This document shows positions 54,097 to 64,000 of a DNA stretch of 64,000 nucleotides, piece after piece. This DNA is from Octopus bimaculoides. Lineage: Eukaryota. Location of the stretch: NCBI RefSeq assembly GCF_001194135.2, contig NC_068999.1, positions 50,380,735-50,444,734 on the forward strand, read 5' to 3'. The translations under genes were made by a program, and so were the position numbers. Within the stretch, counting starts at the first letter, position 1; the number at the start of each line of letters is the position of its first letter. The notes under the pieces are model-generated. The model was not told the DNA's origin. It made no database searches and saw only the letters and a list, made by a program, of their open reading frames with translations.

Positions 54097-54262
54097 TGGG
54101 GGTTGAGGTTATTGCTTCTAAATCTCGTCCTTCACAGCCATAATCTCACGGACACTTGCGTAGCCCTAGTCCTTAAAACCGAAGTGCGTGAGTAAAAGTA
54201 TATATGTGGCTTAAAGAAACATGTATATGCATAGTAGAGAATGGAAAGAAGGAGGGGAAGGA

Positions 54263-54294
<32 letters not shown>

Positions 54295-54347
54295 AGAAGA
54301 GGAAAGAGAAAAAAAGAAGAGGAACAAGAATAATAATAATAATAATG

Positions 54348-54387
<40 letters not shown>

Positions 54388-54656
54388 GAAGAAGAAGAAG
54401 AAGAAGAAGAGCTACTGAGCAGTAGTGCTTATGGCAGAAGAGCGTAGAAATCATATTTTCCATAAAATCTCACATATATTTTGTTTTGCTATAGGTATGT
54501 AATTTATGTATGCATACATGCATGTATGTAATTAGGCATGTAAGTATGTGTGTGTATATAAGCATACATATGTATACACACACATACGTGCACACATACA
54601 TATCTATTCACATTTCATTTGGTTGTAGTTTGTATAAACGTATACATACATGTACG

Positions 54657-54692
<36 letters not shown>

Positions 54693-54771
54693 CTGTGTGT
54701 CTACGGATGTAGAAATGCATATTTGTGTGTGAAAATGAACTGAATTAACGATTAACTCCTGTCGACACATT

Positions 54772-54784
54772 CCACTAGATGGCG
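54772..54784 (+). promoter_or_regulatory. CTCF-type motif CCACTAGATGGCG
   Basis: Matches the core CTCF consensus CCAC(C/T)AG(A/G)(G/T)GGCG in unique, non-repeat sequence. Confidence 0.45.
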
Positions 54785-54964
54785 TGTTTTCAATTCAACA
54801 GAACAGTGGGTACCAGTACCTTTCGAAAACGAAAGTTAATTAACTGAGATCTCAAGACAATAATATATATATTTCCATATTTGCAAAACGAAAAAAGAAC
54901 TAACAAAACAAAGAGGAACGCATGTAAACCCACAACTACATAAACTCATACACAATTACATACA

Positions 54965-55029
<65 letters not shown>

Positions 55030-55058
55030 GTCTATCTGTCTATCTGTCTATCTATCTA

Positions 55059-55100
<42 letters not shown>

Positions 55101-55449
55101 NNNNNNNNNNNNNNNNNNNNNNNNNNNNNNNNNNNNNNNNNNNNNNNNNNNNNNNNNNNNNNNNNNNNNNNNNNNNNNNNNNNNNNNNNNNNNNNNNNNN
55201 NNNNNNNNNNNNNNNNNNNNNNNNNNNNNNNNNNNNNNNNNNNNNNNNNNNNNNNNNNNNNNNNNNNNNNNNNNNNNNNNNNNNNNNNNNNNNNNNNNNN
55301 NNNNNNNNNNNNNNNNNNNNNNNNNNNNNNNNNNNNNNNNNNNNNNNNNNNNNNNNNNNNNNNNNNNNNNNNNNNNNNNNNNNNNNNNNNNNNNNNNNNN
55401 NNNNNNNNNNNACACACACACACACACACACACTTCAAGAATTATAGAC

Positions 55450-55768
55450 GAAGGAATCGACCGCAGCGTTTATTTTTTAAAGTATCATACGTATTCTAAC
55501 GTTTTCTTTTGCCAAAACTCTGAGGTAGGGACGTAAGCACACCAACAATGGTTGTCAACTGATGAGAAGTGACAGAAACAGAAACAAACACACACACACA
55601 CACACACACAAGACGGACTTCTTTCAGTTTCTGTCTATCAAATCCACTCAAAAGGCTTTGGTTGGACGGAGACTATAATAGAAGACACTTGCTCAAGTTG
55701 CCATGCAGTAAGACCGAACCCGGAACCATATGGTTAAGAAGCAAATTTCTTACCACACAGATACGCCT
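55450..55768 (-). mobile_element. SINE family C
   Basis: ttcagtttctgtctatcaaatccactcaaaaggctttggttgg...cccggaaccatatggttaagaagc is the reverse complement of the family C head and body. Confidence 0.8.
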
Positions 55769-56679
55769 GTACCTACACACACACGCACGCACACACACAC
55801 ACTACACTATCGCATATATTTAAGAGACAAAACATACAACGATATTAGTACGCACGCAAGTAGCACAGTTCCTATAAACCAATGTCACACAAATATATTT
55901 TATTTAAGCTAGCTTCTATAAAATCTGTCATATCTGTCAACAATGCTTTGACACTCTTTTTGTGTTCTTTGTCTATATAGTACTTAAATATGCTCATTCT
56001 GTAAGTATCTTTCAAAGGAGATCTAGAATATATCACATTGATATAAACGCAATTACTAACAGAGAAAGATTATGGCGTTGTCGAATTCGTTAGTTGTTGA
56101 TCACACGCTATGTCGGCTGTACTTGAAATCAAGAGAAATGATACAAGTTATATTTGTAATTAATATATAAAACTTGACCGTTTGTCTGTCTTTTTTCATT
56201 CTTCGTTTTGAGTAAACCATCATTGTATCCCCGTTTCTCACTGCCCTCTCTCACTTTCTCTGCTTCGTGTAGCGTTCACTCTCTTGTTGGCGTTTTCTTT
56301 CACCTATCCTCTCTCTCTCTTTTTTTAAATGTTTTCCATCGACTTTCCTTATTTTGTGTCTACGTTTGTTTATCAGCAGAAGTTACAGAGTTTCGTGCAT
56401 TTTCAGTTATCAAATGCACAAAACTCTAGGTCCTTGAGTCACTCTGTGACTTTATCGATTATTAATAAAAATCGTTTGAAACTACTCCTCCTCCTTACCA
56501 TCGTCATCATCATCATCACCGTCATCATGTTTCTCATCATTATCATTACTCCCTTCTCCTAATCATCATCATCACCTTCCCACCACCACTACCACCACCA
56601 TCATCATTATGATCATCAATAACTATTGAACATTAATGTCCCGAGTTCTAGGACATTATGGCTGTACACGTGACTGAAA

Positions 56680-57150
56680 CCAAGACAGCTCTTCTGAATG
56701 GGACACCAGCTCGTTGCAGAGTTACTCACTTACGACTGAGAGGCCTGGAGCAAACATGAAATTAAGTGGTTTGCTCAAGAACACAGCGCACCACCTGGTC
56801 CACGAATCAAAGCCACAATCATCATCGTGCAATCGTGAGTTCAACTGCCTAACTACTTGGCCACGTACCTTCTAATTAACTACGCATCGATGCAATCCAC
56901 AAAAGGCGGCGAAATGTTACAGAAATGTTACAGAAAAGGCGGCGAAATGGCAGAACCGTTAGCACGCCGGAGGAAATGCTCAGCGGCATTTTGTTCATCT
57001 TTGTGCTCTGAGTTCGAATTCCTGCGAGGTCGACTTTATCTTTTATCCTATCGGGGTCGATGAAATAAGTAACAGTTGAGCACTGGGATCAATGTAACCG
57101 ACTATCCACCTCCCCCAGAATTTCTGTCCCAGAGCCTGTAATAGAAATGA
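56680..57150. mobile_element. Divergent SINE pair: family B (-, 56680-56870) and family A (+, 56935-57150)
   Basis: gtggtttgctcaagaacacagcgc... and ggcggcgaaatggcagaaccgttagcacgccgg...cggggtcgatgaaataag. Confidence 0.75.
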
Positions 57151-58159
57151 TATTTCTGATAAATGTTTAAGTGGAATTAATGATCTCTATGGCAAACTTG
57201 TATCTTCCATTCTGCAATTGCTACACGTTCCCAGAAAACACACTAGCAACGTCTCCGATTTATAAATACGTGGTCGAAATCACACTCATGCACTGGCCAT
57301 CAAATACACAGCATAAAAAGCGTTCACGACTTATTGTCGGTATTCTACCGACAATAAGCTCTTAGATGCGCTTACGCACAAACACGCACGGATATACTAA
57401 CATGCCAATACATACATGAATACAAAACCATGGAAATACATTACAACAAAACAAGCTCACACACACACACACACACACACACAAAGTAACACAAAATACA
57501 TAAAACTACGTATACATGTTATAAATATCTGCACATAAAACGTTCACAAACAAGCTCATACACACACATGTACGCACACACACATACACACACACACATC
57601 CACTAACATACACAGCATACATAAATACACATACGTATGGGTATACATAACCACACAGAAGAACGTTCACAAATACACACGCACACAGACACAAGCACAG
57701 ACATAAAGCAGAAAGAGAAAGAGAAAGTGGGGAGAGGCGGAGAGAGAGGATGGGGGTGGGAAACAGATTTCTTCTGCGAGTTGAAGAGTTCATCAAAGAT
57801 GAATGTTGATGCTAAACTTCAGTATCGTGTCAATGTCTTCATTAGAATACTAAAACCCAACATGGTGCTCACGCAATTATATAACATATGCAAATGAGAT
57901 GTCAAACTACGGATGGCACGAAACACAATTTTTTTTCCCCCCTGTTTTCTCTTGCTGGCTGTGACCAGCTGCGATGGTCAGTAGTCTTAGCGTGCCAAAC
58001 CGCTAGTCAGTTGCTCGTCGACGAAGATAGAAAGCTTTGAAAATTTTGCATCATCATCATCATCAATGTCGTCTTTGTCATTGTAATCGTCGTCACAGTC
58101 ATCATCATCATCTGCATATCTTTATCTTCCATGATTATATTATCTCTTTTTTAAAGTTG

Positions 58160-58199
<40 letters not shown>

Positions 58200-58444
58200 N
58201 NNNNNNNNNNNNNNNNNNNNNNNNNNNNNNNNNNNNNNNNNNNNNNNNNNNNNNNNNNNNNNNNNNNNNNNNNNNNNNNNNNNNNNNNNNNNNNNNNNNN
58301 NNNNNNNNNNNNNNNNNNNNNNNNNNNNNNNNNNNNNNNNNNNNNNNNNNNNNNNNNNNNNNNNNNNNNNNNNNNNNNNNNNNNNNNNNNNNNNNNNNNN
58401 NNNNNNNNNNNNNNNNNNNNNNNNNNNNNNNNNNNTATATATAT

Positions 58445-58835
58445 ATGAACGCGCGTGGCTTAGTGGTTAGGGCATTCGGCTCACGGTCTTAAGGTCGTGA
58501 GTTCAATTTCCGGTGACGCGTTGGGTCCTTGAACAAGACACTTTATTTCACGTTGGTCCAGTCCACTCAGCTGGCAAAAATGAGTAGTAATCGTGTTAAT
58601 CCCTTTGCCTGTCCTTGTTTGTTCTCTCTATGTTTAGCCCCTGTGGGGCAATAAAGAAATAAATAATTAGCACCCGGGGCAAAATGCTTTACATTCTGAA
58701 CTGAAATTCCGCCGAATTCATTGTGTTTCATCCTTTCGGGTGTCGATAAAGTAGGCATCAGTTGGGTACCGGTGTCAACGTAATAGACTTATCCCTTCCT
58801 CCAAAAATGCTAACCTTGTGTCAAAAGCTTAAAAT
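58445..58835 (+). mobile_element. SINE family B variant (58445-58660) followed by family A (58665-58835)
   Basis: gcgtggcttagtggttagggcattcggctcacg...gtccttgaacaagacactttatttcacgttggtccagtccactcagctggcaaaaatgagta, then tcatcctttcgggtgtcgataaag. Confidence 0.8.
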
Positions 58836-59166
58836 CATTTAAACGGAACACCATCATTTAACTGTTATATAGTCTAAGATAGACGCAGAGAGGATTTCAA
58901 GTAAATATATAGTGCAAAATGGTTAGAACTGAAAAGAACCATTATTTGACATTCTACAGTGTTAGAAAGTAGTTCCTTCTCTACCACTTATCATGATTGT
59001 ACTTATACAAACAATAACTTTAACAGGTTCTTTTTTTCTCATTTAAACCCGTTGTTTATCTCATCTTAAGATAATGAACGTTTAGTTTTACTAACAGGTT
59101 TTCAATTGTTATTGTTCGTGTGAGTATGTTTGCATCTATATTAGTAGGTGCATATATATATATGTT

Positions 59167-59203
<37 letters not shown>

Positions 59204-62036
59204 NNNNNNNNNNNNNNNNNNNNNNNNNNNNNNNNNNNNNNNNNNNNNNNNNNNNNNNNNNNNNNNNNNNNNNNNNNNNNNNNNNNNNNNNNNNNNNNNN
59301 NNNNNNNNNNNNNNNNNNNNNNNNNNNNNNNNNNNNNNNNNNNNNNNNNNNNNNNNNNNNNNNNNNNNNNNNNNNNNNNNNNNNNNNNNNNNNNNNNNNN
59401 NNNNNNNNNNNNNNNNNNNNNNNNNNNNNNNNNNNNNNNNNNNNNNNNNNNNNNNNNNNNNNNNNNNNNNNNNNNNNNNNNNNNNNNNNNNNNNNNNNNN
59501 NNNNNNNNNNNNNNNNNNNNNNNNNNNNNNNNNNNNNNNNNNNNNNNNNNNNNNNNNTATATATATACATACATACATATATTTATATATGTATATGTGT
59601 TTAACAACGTCCTGGCTTTTAATTTTTTTAATTGTGATGTTTGAAGTGAAGAAGATTGAAAATTGTTAAAATATTTTTATTTTTATACAGTTTCGTTCTA
59701 TGTTGCTTTTTTTTTCTTTTTCATTTTAAAAGTCAAAATGCCGAAATGAAAATAAAACTGAGAATAAAAATAAAATAATAGATAAAAAAAATAATTCATG
59801 AATTAAAGAAAAAAACGCAACCGGAATGGAGTTATGGATAAAGAGATTGAAAAGTGTAAAAATATTTGATGAAGCATCTGTTGTTACAAACGGAGAATTG
59901 AATAAGGAAGAAGGAAGAGAGAGAAATAGATAGAAAGACAGATAGATAGAGAGAGTGAGAGGGAAAGGATGAAAGAAAGGAGTAAAATTGGAGAGAGTGA
60001 GAAAGAATTAGTGAGAGATATTTTTGAATTGTGAGAAGTGAGGAAACTGTGAAGGGGGAAAAAAAGTGTTAATGATAAAATGGTGAAGAGAAATTGAAAA
60101 GGACACAAGAGGAAAAAAATGGGAGAGACAAAGTGAGTCAGAGAGAGAGAGAGAGGCGCAGTGAGAGGGAGAGAGATGGAGGGAGACAGCGTGCGATATA
60201 AAGGAGGGAAAGAGGGGTAGGTCTGGAGGTTGTAGGTTTACGTGTGCACATATGAGTATGTGCGCGCTTGGGTACGTATGTATGTGGGTGTGTGTGTATG
60301 TGTGTGTGTATGTGTGTGTAGGGATGCGTGTGTATTTTTGAAAAGTGCGATGTTAGGATTTAAGTAGGCTGATTGACATTGAAGAAAGATTGGCAGTTAC
60401 AATGGAATGGTTTAATAGATTTGGAAAAGGGGAAGCCAGCAGAAACAAAAAGAAAAGTAAAAGGAACAGGAAAGGGAAAAGAAGGAAGAGAAGAAGTAGA
60501 AAGAAAAAAGAAAAGGAATGAAAAGGAAAAGGAAATGAAAAAGAAAAAAAGTGGAGATGAAGAGGAAGAAGAAGAAGAAGAAGAAGAAGAAGAAGAAGAA
60601 GAAAGATATCGAGGCCAAAAAAGAGAAAAGGAAAAAGGAAAAAAAAACAGGAACGATGAATAAGATGGAGGACAACGATTGTGTAAAGGGTTTTTACGTT
60701 GGTGGTGATGGTCATTATTGTAATGCTTGTTTGGGGTGGTAAGTTTTGAAGAGCATGGAATCGACAGTGACAAACAGAGAATAGAGGGAAAAAAATGTTG
60801 TGTTGGAGTGGAAATGATGCCGGGTTGTTTGATTGGTTGGTTAGTTCGTTGGTGAAGAATGTAATGATGGGGCGGGGTGGGGGGGGTGGTAGATTTAGGA
60901 TATTCTGAGAGTGGTGATAGTGGCGGCGGAACACAACGAGGTATATTTTTTTACTGAGCNNNNNNNNNNNNNNNNNNNNNNNNNNNNNNNNNNNNNNNNN
61001 NNNNNNNNNNNNNNNNNNNNNNNNNNNNNNNNNNNNNNNNNNNNNNNNNNNNNNNNNNNNNNNNNNNNNNNNNNNNNNNNNNNNNNNNNNNNNNNNNNNN
61101 NNNNNNNNNNNNNNNNNNNNNNNNNNNNNNNNNNNNNNNNNNNNNNNNNNNNNNNNNNNNNNNNNNNNNNNNNNNNNNNNNNNNNNNNNNNNNNNNNNNN
61201 NNNNNNNNNNNNNNNNNNNNNNNNNNNNNNNNNNNNNNNNNNNNNNNNNNNNNNNNNNNNNNNNNNNNNNNNNNNNNNNNNNNNNNNNNNNNNNNNNNNN
61301 NNNNNNNNNNNNNNNNNNNNNNNNNNNNNNNNNNNNNNNNNNNNNNNNNNNNNNNNNNNNNNNNNNNNNNNNNNNNNNNNNNNNNNNNNNNNNNNNNNNN
61401 NNNNNNNNNNNNNNNNNNNNNNNNNNNNNNNTATATATATATGGGGTGGAGGTGAGGGTGCATAACAAAATATCAGATATGCTGCAAAAGGCCCTGAAGG
61501 AAAGGCTACGTAAACATACGTAGACGTGAAACACGATGAGGTACTTACTTCAACCTGTACGCACGATAATAAACAAGAAATACACTCACACGTTAGATCA
61601 GTCGTACACAAACGCAAGCACACGCATATGTACACATGTGCACACGTACACATACACACGCATAAATGCATAGGCAAGCACACACACACACACAACCACA
61701 GACATACACACACTCATACTGAAACGTGCATACACGAACATACAAACACACAAACACGTACACATAATATTCTAAGGTAGAAAATTAGAAAAATCATACA
61801 AGACTGAGATGAAATAATCAGGAGGAAGAAACAAAGAAAAAAAAGCAAAGAAAAGGAAAGAAAAGAAAGTAAGAAAGAGAAAGAAACAAAGAAAAAAAAG
61901 CTGTTTTCGGAAAAACAAAAACAAAAGCGAAAAAAGAGTGAAAAAAAAAAAAAGATGTGGAGAAATAACGGAAATTAGGAATGAATGAGTTAGCAGAAGG
62001 AAATATAATTGAATAAGTTTGTGTGATTACAGCAGG

Positions 62037-62070
<34 letters not shown>

Positions 62071-62289
62071 GCAGGTACACAAATCAGTAATCTCAGTAAC
62101 CGCAGCACTATTACAATTGCAGCAACAGCAGCAACGACAGCAGCAGCAATAATAATAATAATAATAATAATAATAGTAATTGTAATAATAATAGTAATTG
62201 TAATAATAATAACGAGTAAAGAGGATGATGATGATTATATATTATCATAAATGTTACAACAGGTAAAAATAAAATGTAAATAGACATGG

Positions 62290-62650
62290 ATCTTCCGTCG
62301 GTATCGAAGATGAGTCATTCAATTACTTGAGAAATTGAACTGCCTCTTATGTACAGTGGGGGGTTCTAGATACATATAACAGACATGATGGTCGTGGATG
62401 GAACGCCTCTTTAGGTAGATCTGTTCGACCTTCGATGACCTGCACTTAAACTACGATAGCAATAACAACAATAACATCAACAACGAGAACGATTATAGGT
62501 CTTTGCCAACATAACTTGGCAGTCCTGCTTTAGGACGAATGTTGCTGTAATTTAGCCTCAGGAGACATCGTCTCCAGCTGGCTATACGACACGATCTGTG
62601 TCCTCATATTTTCGAACAAGGGAATCTAGCACCCCCACTCAGCTCAAAAC
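62290..62650. mobile_element. Probable dispersed-repeat fragments (possible LINE/SINE 3' ends) embedded in an AAC-rich tract
   Basis: Complex sequence island. ccgtcggtatcgaagatga resembles the reverse complement of the family B variant tail (cgtcgtaaccgacgg at 30826-30840). Confidence 0.35.
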
Positions 62651-62839
62651 AATATCCGTGTATCGCAATTTCTGGGTTATTTCCCTTCATCAACAATTAT
62701 TCTGTGCTGAAATCATTCTCTGGTATTATACGAGATGAATTATGTGACGACGTATGACTGACGTACGAAATAAAATATTAGATGAACTGTGTTTGAAAAA
62801 ACGGGAAGGTTATGGTTGGAATACCTCTAGACATTGGTT

Positions 62840-63470
62840 TTTCTTAGAGTTGACTGAATAAAAATCGCATCAAGAAAGAGAAATAGGAAGGAAGGGACGA
62901 CTATTGAAACATCAGCTATAATACATGTTAGAATATCAGAGGAAATAAAATCTAGAACAACAAGAACGACAAGAGCAACAGTGACAAGGACAGTATGAAC
63001 ACAATAACTATAATAACAACAATACAAACAAAACAACACTATAAACATAACAATATCGTGAACAAGATAACAATATTAAGACAATGAGAATATAAACGTA
63101 ACTTAATAACAAGAGGATAAACATGATAACAACATAAACAATCGCAATAATATAAAGATAACAATGCCATGAAGAGCATTAACAACAATAATGTCAACAA
63201 CATTGTTCACGAAATCAACAACGGTAACAACAACAACAACAGCAACAACAACAACAACAACAATAATAATAATAATAATGATAATAATAAAGGGCGATAA
63301 TGTGGACAATGGCAACAAAATAACAGTAAATATGAAGAACAATAACAACTACAAAACCAACAACGACAACAGGAAGAACAAAAGCCTCAGCTACAACAGA
63401 AACATTATGAACTTCTACAGAAACAACACGAACAACAACAACAACAACAACAACAACAATAATGATGATG

Positions 63471-63522
<52 letters not shown>

Positions 63523-63650
63523 CAGCAACAAAAGAAACACCAAAAACTGACACAAGAACATCGAAGAAGAAGATGAAAAAGAAAAAGAGGAGCTACAACA
63601 ACAACAAAAATATGAAATTTACGATAGTATATGGGGCTGTAGAGTAACCA
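62840..63650. repeat. AAC/AAT-rich low-complexity tract
   Basis: Direct reading. Confidence 0.85.
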
Positions 63651-64000
63651 AAAAATATGTGTGTGTGTGTGTGTATTTACTTGTTTGAGTGTGTGTGTGT
63701 GTTTCGAGAAGCGGCAACAGTTACGATATAATAATATTGCAATGAACACTAATTTTCTTTCNNNNNNNNNNNNNNNNNNNNNNNNNNNNNNNNNNNNNNN
63801 NNNNNNNNNNNNNNNNNNNNNNNNNNNNNNNNNNNNNNNNNNNNNNNNNNNNNNNNNNNNNNNNNNNNNNNNNNNNNNNNNNNNNNNNNNNNNNNNNNNN
63901 NNNNNNNNNNNNNNNNNNNNNNNAAGAAAAGGGGAAGTTAATGAAGAAGGCGAAGGTAAAAACAAAAAGAGCAATGTTAAAAAGTCGGGGTGGATGAGGG

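Overview
AT-rich, repeat-saturated eukaryotic draft-assembly DNA with many N gaps, most flanked by microsatellites. The SINE families and extreme microsatellite load suggest an octopus or other coleoid cephalopod; this is inferred from repeat content, not searched. Most ORFs in the track are microsatellite or gap artefacts. Dispersed repeats: several tRNA-derived SINE families, two RTE-type LINE remnants, a mariner transposase remnant and a hAT-type MITE. Manual splice-site reading gives a phase-compatible chain of three minus-strand exons (41053-41021, 37543-37410, 35958-35871) encoding MGGSQTIG...LLPPEKMVIFSAS(W/C), plus weaker exon candidates. The most unusual structures are three long fold-back elements (8506-9068, 15258-16006, 46200-46445). 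One carries a decayed minimal hammerhead-ribozyme core like those of Penelope-like retroelements, and another carries a partial one. Also notable are a perfect snap-back hairpin at a SINE 5' junction, a SINE pile-up at a repeatedly duplicated target site and a CTCF-type motif. No prokaryotic features (CRISPR, rRNA, operons) are supported.
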